From: Azolla caroliniana
Lineage: Eukaryota; Plantae; Polypodiophyta
NCBI GenBank assembly: GCA_043228905.1
Contig: JBHGNT010000021.1
Span: forward strand, 5,022,001 to 5,086,000
Direction of reading: 5' to 3'
DNA: 64,000 bases
Part shown: positions 25,214 to 37,650 of the stretch, piece by piece
How the letters are laid out: each line of letters starts with the position of its first letter
Position numbering within the stretch: the stretch's first letter is position 1
Notes under the pieces: generated by a model
Seen by the model: the letters and a program-made list of their open reading frames with translations, nothing else
The model's database searches: none
Told to the model about the DNA's origin: nothing
Program-made: the position numbers and the translations under genes

Positions 25214-28200
25214 ATTTGATCCCAAAGTTGGCACACAATGTTGGGATGGTATGTATAGAGAAACCTTCATTTGCCGATAAGGTTGCTAAAAACCCCAAGC
25301 TGAAGGTGTTGGTTAGAGACATAAAAGAATTGCCAACAGAGATTAGAGTCCACACGGAGGATTTTGGCCTAAGGGTGGTGAAGGTTAGCTATGAAGGCTT
25401 GTCGGGCCAGTACTTTGCATGTAAGGAAATGGGTCATAGGGCCAAACAGTGCCCTTTGTATTGGAAGAAAAGAGAAGGCAAAGGAAATCAAGGCACCAAG
25501 ATGCCTGATAACCCAATGTCAGCGATGGGTGGGCAGAGGATCCTCGCTCATGTTGGGAAGCAAGTCACTGGGGAAGAAGGATGGGTAACGCCAAGGAAAG
25601 TGGCTAGATCTAGCATTCACAATCAAAAGGGTCCTCTTACAAGTGTTGGTTTCAGTTCGAACAAATTTGATATCTTGTCACAGAGGGAAGAGGAACCCGA
25701 AGAGGGTGAGATAATTTTGACAACTCCGATTGATTTACTTCCAAGAGTCGAGACCTTCGAAACACTTGTAGAACCCTCTGAAAGCCGGGGCAAGAGATTT
25801 TCAGCAGACCTAAGAATGGTTAAGGCATGGATTAGGAAAGGGAAGGACAAGGAGAGTCATGCAGATGTGGGTATTAGTGAAGTGCAGGAAATGACTGCCC
25901 AGATTGAGGCTGGAAATCCCTCGCTTGTGGGTGTTGATTTTGTTATGATGAAAGATTGGAAGATGCAATGTATGGAGGTACCCAAAGTCATAGTGAATAT
26001 TGGTACTCCCAAGGAAAGAATTCACGTTTGGAATAGAGCACACATGGTTCTCATCAATAGTGACTCTAGTAGACCGGAGATCGGTTGCTCCTTCGAATTG
26101 GAGCCTAATATGGAAGATGGAAGGGGAGAAAATTCCGCTTTGAAGACGTTCTGTAACAGGGCAGCAGTGTGTATGCGATACCTTATATCTGAAAACGAAG
26201 CTAAGGGGTTGCATGCACAAGGGAAGAGCTCCTTGCTACATGGGGAGATTCTTGAACTTGGTCCAAATGTTCCCTTGGTTTGCATATGGAGGGGAGGGTG
26301 CACAATCTTATGCTAAATCCTGGTCAGTTCCACTTCCAGTGTGGTGAATTACCTATTGATCAAAAAAGGGAAATAAGAATGGAGTGGAAAAACATATGGA
26401 GTATGATGACGACATATTTGTCGAGCAAGGGTGAATCCCCCTTGGCCCTTCTTTTGAACCCAAGTCAATGAGATTTTTCTCTTGGAATGTGCAGGGACTT
26501 GGTGGGTCCCATCATCTGCTTGAGAAGCGAATTTTTAGGAAGGAATTTGAAGTTGTTAGCTTATGTAGGAAGATTGATATTTTGCTCTTACAAGAGCATC
26601 ACCTTGGCCGGGAAAGGACAGAACTGTTCAAAGACCCGTTGCCAGGGGATTGGCACACATGGTGGGCTCCAGGTCACGGCATGCTAGAGAGGAGAGGTGG
26701 AGTCTGTATTTCGGTGAGAAAATCACCGGATATCGGCATTTTGGACCATGGCATACTGATAGAAGGAAGGGTCATGTTTTGTTACCTAGAATGGAGGAAT
26801 GTGAAATTTGGGGTGCTGAATGTCTATGCACCAAATAGTAGCAGTGAGAGGACCTCTTTTTGGAGCGAGTTGGCAAACAAAATTCCCTCTTATGACAACT
26901 GGATAGTAGCAAGAGATTTCAACATGACTGAGAGGACCAATGATTGTCAAGGGGCTCACTCGAACTTATTACAGGGAGAGGAGCTTAGAGCATGGGGTTT
27001 CCTAATTGCTATGCTTGGAATCAGATATTCTTGGTATTCTAGTATGGTGGTTGAGGAGAACTCCTTGCGGTTTTCACGTTTTGGTTGGAAGGAGAGTGAA
27101 GGATGTCATTCAAGATTGGACCGCATCTATGTGAGCCCCAAAATTGAGGATTGGAGCGGTTGCACACCCATTCTAGCTGGCTTTACCTACTCCGATCACC
27201 TTCCAATCTCCTTGACTCTCGATCCTATTCATAAGAAGAAGAGTGAGTGCAATTTGAGGATTCCCTCGAAGATTTTTGGTATCCAGAAGGTTAAGGAAGA
27301 AGTGATTAACATTTGGTCAACATCTCCTTCATCCGACGACCCGTTATAGGTACTAGAGGAAAAGATTATTAATTCTTCACATGCTCTTCAGAAAGCGGCT
27401 AGAGAGGAGCAAGTAAGGTGTCGTTCCCAACTACAACGCCTGAGGAAGGTAGTCACCTCAGCTCAAAAGCTTACGTAGACCCTCACTATTCTTGGGCAAA
27501 AGATAGACTGCAAGAAGCTACAAGGGTGCTACAGGAGATTAGGCAGCAAAGGGAACAATTCCTCTTCAAAAAGTTAGCAGCGCAGTGGGCTGTCAAGGGA
27601 GATAAAGTTAACAGTGAGTTTTTTCTCACCAAGGCTCCAAAACTGAAGGGAAAGCCTATTCTAAGTTTTAAGAGAGAGGATGATTCGGTGACAACTGACC
27701 AAGATGAATTCTTGCAAATGGCAACGAAGTATTACAGAGACCTTTTAGCTCCAACATTGATAGAAGCCCCACCGATTCACTTGATGCAGCATGTCGTTGC
27801 ATGCTTGAAGACCAAGATTGGAGAGGTAGCCAAATTACAATTGTCAAAGACCATAGAGAAGGAAGAGATTATAGCGGGGCTAGATAGGATTCATAGCAGG
27901 GCTTGCTCTGGAGTTGACGGCCTTCCCAAAGCCTTCTTCGTGGAATTTTGGGAGCATATTTTTCCTAGTTTGGAAGCTGGATTCCAGGAAATGTGGAGAA
28001 CGGGAAGGATGCCGAGCAACTTCAATGAAGGATTGATATACCTATTCCTAAATCGGAGAAGGTGTCGCACGAGATTAGACAATGGAGGCCCATCACCATT
28101 TTAAACCTCATTTATAAAAAAATTGCTAACATACTAGTGCAGCGAGTGAAGCCCTTTCTAGGAGATATCATCCAGACCAATCAAACTAGTTTCATGGAGC

Positions 28201-30912
28201 ATCGATCTATTATGGACAATGTGATATTGTTTTGGGAGGCTGTTGCGACAGCAAGGGAGACCAAGCAAAACTTAGCTTGTCTGATGCTTGACTTCGAGAA
28301 AGCCTATGATCGAGTGCAATGGTATTTCCTTGAAGAAGTAATGAAGGTGATTGAGCTACCGTGGGAATGGAGGCGTGCTACTCAAGCCCTATATAAGAAT
28401 GGCTCAAGTAAGGTGTTGATTGCAAGGAGGAAAGGAGCTACAATCTCTCTAACTAGATCTATTAGGCAAGGTTGTCCTCTCGCCCCCTTTCTATTCCTCT
28501 TTATTACTGAAGCAATGTCTGCCTTTTTGAATAGTCAAACCGCAAATTTACATGGTCTTTCAATCCCTAACACAAGGAAGTCCTTGCTCAACTCGGAGTT
28601 CGCGGATGATACGATGCTATACCTCCAAGGTAATGAAGCGAATTTGGGGAGGGCACAAATTTCTATTGATTTTTTTTGCAAAGCATCGGGAGCCGCCGTC
28701 AATTGGAATAAGTCCAAGGGTTTTTGGATTAGCTCGGAGCCCGAGCCGATATGGAAACCAAATGTTGATTTCAGATGGATTGCAAAAGGGGAAGGCATTT
28801 AGATATCTGGGAATGTGGATTGGTGTAGATATTGACAAAAGAATTCAGTTGCAAAAAATTCAAAGTAAAATTTGCAACAAAATCCGTATCTGGTTAGGGA
28901 TGAATTTATCATTAGCTGGCAAGATCACAGTAGCTAACCATGTGCTCTTGTCTACTATGTGGCACAGGGTCTCAGTGTGGATGTTTGACAAGCATGTTAT
29001 TCGTATTGTTAAAGTGTGTATTAGGGGCTTTCTATGGGCTGGGAATAGGAAAGACAACGCGGCAGCTAAAGTATCATGGTCTACATTGATTCTTCCCAAA
29101 AGTAAGGGGGGTCTATGATTGATAGACCCTGGAGTACAAAGTCAATCATTGCTATGTAAGGTATTGGTAAGGAGCTTGCTTCTTGGAAATGAGTTATGGA
29201 AAACATTGATTTTTAATAGGAGCATCCTTTGGAGTCCACGACTTGGTGGACAGTGGAAGCCACATAAATCATGGCTTTTTTGCATGGACTTAAAGCTTAG
29301 GAAATCTAATTGATTGGCTGATCGCACATGTATGTCAGTGATGAAGGTGTGGGATATGCTCCGCGGGCATCTTAGGCGTATAGGTCCAAGTACTAATGTT
29401 GAATGGATGCACCAACCCCTATCGTGGAACGAGACCTTAAAGTCTACTGAGGGGAAGATGCATGGCCAACACAAGGGTATGTCGTGGGCTATATTGCATG
29501 GTATTGGCATTCAGTCAATGGCAAATTGGATGCAGTTGTCCCCTAGTAATCGGGATAAATTATATGAAGATGCGAGAAAGTTCAGAAATGGTAGGAAGAT
29601 GCTTGATCTAGTCGATAAAGTTGTTTACTCTATTCCTATTAGTAATGGGGACGAGGGTGAATGGTTTGGACAATGTGATGATGCCGGAAAAGTTATCAAT
29701 GCCAAGGGTATAGGAAAGAATGGGAAGATCATCCAGTTGGGATCTATAGTTGCAGGTGCTCGTTGGTTCCCGATTAGAATTGTGGCACGAGACGGTAAGA
29801 AATGGAAGGTGAATCCATCAGTCGTTGAGGTTGAGGAGGATTGGATCTGGTATGTAGTTGAAGGCAAGCCAATTGAGTGTTTAGAATGGGATCCTGCAAA
29901 ATATGTGTGGAGGGACGAACAAGGTAAATCACATGGTTTCTTTGATTTCTCAACTCGCTTGGGTAGGCAATTATGCTTGCATCGTGAGAAGTGTGCCAAC
30001 AAATGGACCCATATAGCTGTTGATTCGGTCTTTGTAGATAAAACCAAGAGCATGATATGGAACTCTTCCCTCCCCGAGAGGGTCAAGGTGTTTTTTTGGC
30101 TAATCACCCATCGTGTTGTTCCAACCGGAGAGTGGCTGGGGAAAAGGGGTGGCATGAGTAACTGCAAGGCTTATGGAGCGAGTTTGGAGGACATCGCACA
30201 TTGTTTATGGAGTTGCCCGCGAGCCCAAGAAGTTTGGAAGAGGAGCTTAAGAATTCTGGCTCGATGCGAGGTTGAAGTTCAGGTATCAAGTGCAATCTTT
30301 ATTTGGTTAGCTACTGACTCAGCTGCATGGTTTCATGGGTGGAATGGAAATAGCCCTTCTTTAAAGGTGTGAATGGTACAATTCAGCCTGCAGGTCAAGG
30401 AGATTCATTCTTCATACAAGACCGATATGTAGATGTTTGGCTTTTAGTGGTTGGCATTACTGTTTGGCAAGTATGGGTATCAAGGTGTAAGGAGTCTTTT
30501 ACGAGGTAAGTTTGATAGCCTTCAAGGGCCCTCTGATGCAAGTGAAGAAGCTAGGTACCACTTCCTTCTAAAATGGAGAGGTTCCTCGATGTTACAAATG
30601 GTGGATGGCAATGCAAAGTGGATATATCAGCCTCCCAGATGGTTGTTCCCTCCTAGGGTACCAAACATAGAGGTAGGTGTTGAATTGTGAAGTGATTGGC
30701 GGGTGTCTTTGCTGAATGTGGGTGTGTGAGGTTCATGTTGATGGGCGTCTGTCGAGTAATTATGTGATGAGGCTTAGTTGCTTCATTTATACATGATGTT
30801 TTGTTGTAGCCATTGCAAAATGGCTTGTAATATATGAGTTGTATATTATTCCATATACTTTTTCTTAACTAATGGAAGTAGAATTTTTTTGGAAAAAAAA
30901 GAAAAAAAAAAC
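25214..30912 (+). mobile_element. 5'-truncated LINE (LINE-D), LINE-A family, nested in LINE-C endonuclease domain
   Basis: TSD AGAAATGGAAA at 25203-25213 and 30913-30923; poly(A) 30893-30911; excision restores LINE-C EILDISIS-YDLVLSDHFP in frame. Confidence 0.95.
26468..30690 (+). pseudogene. LINE-D ORF2 (APE, RT FADD, zf-RVT, C-terminal extension), frameshifted
   Basis: ORF pieces 26468-27349, 27418-28104, 28062-28802, 28552-29118, 29119-29313, 29314-30372, 30451-30690. Confidence 0.92.
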
Positions 30913-33834
30913 AGAAATGGAAATATCCAAAATCTCTGGCAAGAAAGAATCAGTATGCATAATATACATACACTCTAACCTACTCCAAGTAGATGTGTAT
31001 TGTGTTGATCGAAAAGTACAACCTGGCTCATCACCATGAATGCAAGGCCACACATCACAATGTAGAACATCCATTTCTAATTGCTCCCAAGATTGAGTTT
31101 CAAATCTTTTCATTATAGAATGCATAGAAGTTGATTGTGCTTCCTCACAACAAACATAAAATCCCCCATCATTATTCCTGCTTGACCTTGCTTAAGAAGC
31201 GAAGCCAAATTTTGCCACAACAACTTTCGTTTTTGAGATAGATTTGAAGCATATACACCAACCAACCACAAAATTTGGCCTTCATAAGAGATTTGTACAA
31301 CCAAAAATCGACCAAAATCATCACTAAAGATAACTTGAGGACAAAACACATTTCTTATAAACATAACAACTCCTGAATAATCACCTTTCACTTTTCCTGA
31401 ATAACATAGCATATAACCCTTAGTGTTAACCACTAAACCTGCATTTTTATGTTCTTTATGCTCCACAGCACATAAAACATCCCACTGATTGTGTAACAAA
31501 GCACTCCACACCTCATGCATCTTAAATCGGGAACAAATCCCTCTTACATTCCATGTTGTCACCTTCATACTTTAGCCTTTCCTTTAGATGAGGGAACCTG
31601 TTTTTCCCTCTCAATCAATGTATTTGCTAAATCTTGAAAAAAATCTCCTAAGATTGCAAACGAATTTTGATGGGAACGGAATCCTGACACACTTGACCTA
31701 TTCCCTTTGTTATGTTGTACTTGAGTATGCTTATTCCAAGGGTTATGCAAATTCCCTTTACTATCAAAAGATAATTTTCTAGGAAAATCGGCTTGATGAC
31801 CCGAATTTTTACTACGCCCAAAAGAGCCTTGTTGTAATGGTAGCTTCATACCCTCATTGGATTTATTCCACGCGCCCTTTCCAAACCTATTCATTCTTCC
31901 AGAATCTACCGACCATGGACCCTCCCTATCTGATGCCTTTGGCCCTTTCTCAATCACACCTCATTGTTCCTCAATATTCTCACACATAGTCAAATCAGGG
32001 TCCTTATCATGTTGTACTTTCTCATGAATATCCTCCACTACCTCATGATTCTCTAAAGTTTTACCAGTACGAGTACATTCTGTCATAAAATGCCCTAATT
32101 CTCCACAATGGAAACAATGGCCTACAAATGTACCCCATTTAAGTTTGAAATACATTGGTGGCATACCAATACGATCTATTTGTAGACAACCTGGTCTTTT
32201 TATAGCAGTATTCCAAAGAATACACATTCGATATCAATTCATTGCATTAGCATTAGGAGGCACCAAAATTTCCCCCAATTTCTTTATTGCTAAATGCAAA
32301 AGTGGCCACATAGTGGAATGCTTACATTCTACCTCCACCCATACCAGACAATCTTGTTTCAATATATCTAAGTACTCAGTCAATGGTCTCCAAGGAACAA
32401 CATGAACCAAACTCCTGCCATAGAAAATTGGCAACCTAGCAAGTAATGTTTCTTTATTCTCACTTGAATTCAATACCACCTCATAGAAACCACATGGGCC
32501 AACATACACATCCTCTACACAATCCGCATCCAAGACACCACGTAGCCATTGTTTGACCCAATGAAGGGCAGGTATTTTGCCAATAAAAAAAAGTATCACT
32601 CCTCTATCATAAAATGCAGAAAAAGATGACAAATACTCTTTTTGTATCCACCTCAACCTTAAAAATATCTTCCGCATCAAACTCTGAAGCAATTTTAGCA
32701 TTTTCTTTCATGCAATCCTCCATCAAAGCATTAGCCATGCATCTCAAATAATCCCAATGTGCATCATCTTTACTACGCATTGCATCAGCATATGACATGT
32801 TAACCTCGTCTTCCACACGTTTGGGTCTTTTCATTGCATTGCTTACATATTTATCAGTAATCTGTGGAACCATTGATTTTGACATCGCTTGTATATCCAT
32901 TGACATTGGCGTGCCTGTATCGAAAGTAGGCAGTAATAAAGACATACCAAGATTTATATTGTTTGTCATAGCCATCGAGTGTAGACCACCATAGAATCAA
33001 GTCAATCTTGGTAGGAAGCCCCCAAGAGAGGATGAACTCTATCTCGACCGGCAGCCCCCAAAGCCCGCGACAGTAATTTGAGCACTGCTTCACGCTCGGA
33101 AATCTGTTCACAACGTGCTATATCTCGTTGGAAAGGTCTCCGAAAGCGCTTTCCAACGATTATTTGCATGCGTGATTCTGATAAACAGAACAAAAGATAT
33201 GAACAAAACGCTCAGCTGCACTCTCAATCCTGCAGCTTTAACAAAGCAAAACGTGGAAAAGTTTTCTAATGACGAAATATGTCAGAGTGTTGTAACTAGC
33301 TGAACATGCATATCATAACAATAGCATTTTAAAATACGATGCTAACGTTGACTCTAACCTATTTTAGATATAATATTTGTCTTTGCTTTACATGGCATCA
33401 TGTTTTCATCTTGATTGAAATCAAGATCCCAACTAGTCACCCAAGAATGTATTGTGCTTTCCTCGCCCAAAAAGTGTGTAGCCATGCTACTTTGCCAATT
33501 CTGACACCAATATATATCATTGATTTTCATTCATAATTGTCATCCAAGCAAAAAAATGTCATGGAGGAATGGAATCTTGTTCATAATGTTTATATGAGAA
33601 CCATTCAATAAGAATTTGCATTTGTGTTGAATTATATAAATATAATGTGTCGATAAGTTTATAAGTTTATGTACATGCATACTTTTGAGCTACATTTGTT
33701 GGTAGAATGGTGAAGTTATGGTGGTGGTCAGAAGACCCATTTTCAAAAACTATTTTCTTTTACAAACATTAGATTAGTTGGGGGAGGACTCACAATTCGT
33801 TGATTTCACATCTTTGCAGTTACAAAAGTCTAGA

Positions 33835-34326
33835 TAGCAACGGCCAATGGTTTGGTTGTTTAAAAATTTTGAAACTTAAACCGAACCAACTTGAACCATG
33901 AAATCATTTAAACCAAACTATTACAAACAATTCAAGCTCAAACCAAACGGTTTTAGAGATTTTCAAACCTTTAAACCGTTAAAACCGTGGTTTTGGTTTT
34001 CAAGTTAGGTCAAAATTCAATTTTTCATTTTTTCATTTTAATTTTTCAAAATTTAAAGATTTTTCTTAAAATATCAAAATTAGGATTAAAATGTTCAAAA
34101 ACTATTTAAGAAAATAATAAAGTGTCAATCCTAAACCATCAAATAGTTACCACGGTTTCAAACCATTTAAACCGGAAAGTGTTAAGCCGATAAAGGCTCA
34201 AACCGAAGCAAACCAAAACTAAATTGTTAACAAAAACTTGAACCTGAACCAAACCGAATTGTTGAAACTGTTAAGCTGTTGTTTCGCAATTCAATTCGGT
34301 TCAAACTGAACCGTTGCCAATTGCTA
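33835..34326. mobile_element. hAT-like MITE
   Basis: Imperfect TIRs TAGCAACGGCCAATGGTT versus TAGCAATTGGCAACGGTT (14/18); 8-bp TSD-like AGTCTAGA/AGTCTAGC; many subterminal AACCG/AAACC motifs. Confidence 0.7.
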
Positions 34327-37300
34327 AGTCTAGCATGGATGTGGTTTTGGAAGAAAATATCATGAACTACTAAATTTGAAGAGTCTGTATAGTTTTCCTC
34401 AAGAGCAAAGACTTACTAATGGTATTGAATTTAATTGTTTTACAATATCGACCAATAAATTCCACACGAAAGTATGAATAACATATTAATCTTTATTATG
34501 TCAAGGTGATCTTGAAGTGCAATATGATGTAGAGTAGAATGATTGGCAAAGATAGAGATCATGTATCTATGTTAATGCACATAATCACAAGCATGTGCGT
34601 GTGCGCACACGCAAACACATACACATGTATATGCATGGATGGATGTGTGTGTATTCATGCACACATTTATATCATGTATGCAATCATGATGGGGATGTTT
34701 TGAGATTCTAATACCAAGTCTTGGATATTGGACATTTCTGGAAGATTTGGATATTGTTGTTGTATACATTATATCATATGAGGATTAGCATTAGCAATTT
34801 TGCTAGATTAATATTTGCACTACAATGGTTTTGCCTTTGTGCTTCACTTTAGTCCTTCATGTTTCAAGGAATGTTGTTCACGTCACTTGAACTAGCTAAA
34901 TAGATAACTAGAGGCCTTTTTTGGTCAACACATATATCATATAGTGATCATGGAGTGATCCATGACTTAACAAACTAGGTGCCATGTCACTTACATGAGT
35001 CTTCCTCTTTCTCTATGTCATCGTAAATAGTAGTTGTATTAGTTACATGATGTATAATTAAAATGGATGCGGGTGCAACATCAAGCATCTAGTTCTCCAC
35101 ACTATCCCTTATCTCTTTATTTCTCGAGGTGGACCTTCTTTCCATCATCTTACCTAATGGCAAAAATGATTTGCCATAAGCCTAAAAACGTTTGATAATC
35201 TTGGGTCGGCCTTCTACAAGTCTACAACAAGGATAACTGTTGAGCCTTTTAAGCATTGAGTGTGCCTTTGAAATCAATATTGAGCATAAAAAACTAAGCA
35301 CTCTAAATACACTAATTATGCACAATCCCTAGCATTATAGAAAGTCAAACACAAACTGAAATTGCAAAGGAGGTAGTCGACCTCACCTTCAACGAATACC
35401 ACAAATATAATATCTAATTGCATATTGTTCCCGAACAACTAATAAACCCCTATGTTCCTCGACAACTATACAAAAATAACACAAGGCTAAACCAACATTC
35501 CTTCATTGCAAAGCAACTCCTAGAGGTAATCCACCTATTGTAACACACCATATGAAAACCTTCGCTCTGAAAGCAATAGAAGATCGCCCTCCTAATAGCA
35601 TTATCCTTTGCCACCAACTGTTGGACCTCTTGATTCCCCGGTCTTTTGTTACCTAATTTGCCATTTGTGTACATCAAAACATGATACCACCAACATTTAA
35701 AGTTGCAAGGAATTTGGGTTTTCTCTTGTTGGAGCTTAATTTATCTTTCTCTGATTATGTATGAACAATATTGAAACATGTCAAAGATGGGGCTTTCCAA
35801 TCACATACTTGCTCCAAGAGAAATTTTGCATTTTGTTGGGATTTATAACTTCTCTTTGCATTTTATGGTTGGATCTTTATTGTTCATGTCAACCTAATGT
35901 CAAAAGAAGTACACGACATTGATGGATTCAACGACCCAAGTACAAATATCTTCTTAAAATAGGAAAAATGGGTTTACAATTTCTCAACAATGAATTGGTC
36001 TTATATGCTCGTTCTCTTTGCTTTCCTTATGGCCAAGGTAGACATAACAAAATCCAAAATGTTTTCCAACCTCTCTAGGATGACACAATATTTTGGGTTT
36101 CCAAAACATCTATGAAATAGGTTTATGAGATCCTCAAAGAGTTCAAATGTCTTTGCAAAGTTGGGTAATGGATTCCACTAATGCTCAAGTAGCTTGATGG
36201 TTCACAACATTTTTGAAACTATTTAATCTCCATTATGAGCAGGCATATGAAGAATTCATCCGTCGTTCCAAAAGCATATTAGCCAAAGAAACACAAGAAG
36301 CATATGCATTATTTGCTAGAAAATCTTGAACATAGCTCAATGGCATTCATAGTATATGAAAGGCATCATATTGCTTAAATTTCAAATTTTGCTGAATATT
36401 GTTATTGAGCAAAGAAAAAAACTTCGCAAAGAAAAATACCTTAAAACAGAATTTACAGCTATAGAAGTGGCTATGTAGCCCTCATAATGTTTCCCCAAGG
36501 TTATCTCTACCTCCTCTTTTCTAGATATAGAGACCATGTCAATGTCCTGTCTGATTTGGTATGCTAATCAAGACATGTTAGGCGAGAGAACCTCAGTTTG
36601 AAACTCTAGAGGCATACAAGGATCAGATAGAATAATGACAAACAAAGATGATAATTACATATTGACATGATCCCCCCCTATCATTAGAAAGCAGACTTCC
36701 ATTTGTGCAGAGAAAGAGAAGGGCATACATTATCATAATCCCAAATCCAATCGCTTCTTTTTCAACACCTCATTTACTTTTCACCTAATTTTACATGGAA
36801 TATAGGTAGCAAATTATCATCACAAGGGTATAATGGGATTGTGACCCATCTAATCATGCTGGTTCTTTATTTAATTTATTACTAATTAGTGAGTAGCTAA
36901 ATTTTACCATGCATTACAATTTTGGGTTGAATTTAACATGGCTTTAGCATTAACTCTGAATGTGTCACTCTTATCTCACCCAAAAAGAATTACTTAGACC
37001 AGTCGTCACAATAAACCAATATATATAATGTGTGCAAATGTTGTTGAATTTATTTGTTGCCTACAATATATGCTTCATCGAAGTGCCCGAAAAAGCATTA
37101 CATATCACATTTCTTCACTGTATATGCCTGAAGTCACCATAAGAGAAAGGCGCCCTTACAATGCAATGGTGATGGAACTTATAATAGGAAATTATGACAA
37201 TCTCCAAAGGGTAAGCAAATCAAGTTATAAATGTATATTAAATGCTTATGGTAGTTAGTATAACCTTCCATGGTCGTTAGCCCAATGATTCGCACCCTTC

Positions 37301-37650
37301 CTCCTCTAAACCAGAGGTGGTGAGGTCAATTTGCGGCCTCAGCTGAATCTCGTTTTTAATCCTTTTTTCTTCTATGGTATGTGAAGACATTTTAGAGAAA
37401 TCTTAGGAAAAGATCCATAGTGGACGGCTGAAGCTGAATCGTAAAATTATGATATCTTCAGAGTCCTTTATATCAGCCTCCCCGGTGATGATGATCGTCT
37501 CTTCTGGAGCTCTACCTCATCTTCACCAAGGGTAAAGTTCCACTTCTTTTCTAGCTGTGCTTCAGCATTTCTTAAGTCTCTCCTTAATATCGGCATGCTT
37601 GAATTTGAATAAATCCCCCCAACACGCACATATACAGATGGATTGATTTC

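Larger units (their letters stand above)
21919..33200 (-). mobile_element. L1-like LINE (LINE-C, different AT-rich family), near full length, interrupted by LINE-D
   Basis: ORF1 pieces 32975-31565 (DUF4283-like region, CFHCGELGHFMTEC); ORF2 start MKVTTWNVRGI at 31568; SDHFP; KSPGWDG; WRPISL; RQGCPLSPLLF; LADD; poly(T) 21919-21932. 5' boundary approximate; no TSD found. Confidence 0.9.

Noticed and set aside
25207-26316. 369-aa ORF as an intact LINE ORF1
   Set aside because: Its ATG comes from the TSD (host LINE-C sequence); the element is truncated inside ORF1 and its knuckle is mutated (YFAC).
34880-35095. Possible Helitron 3' end (GCATCTAG|T)
   Set aside because: Hairpin is poor and no 5' end could be supported.
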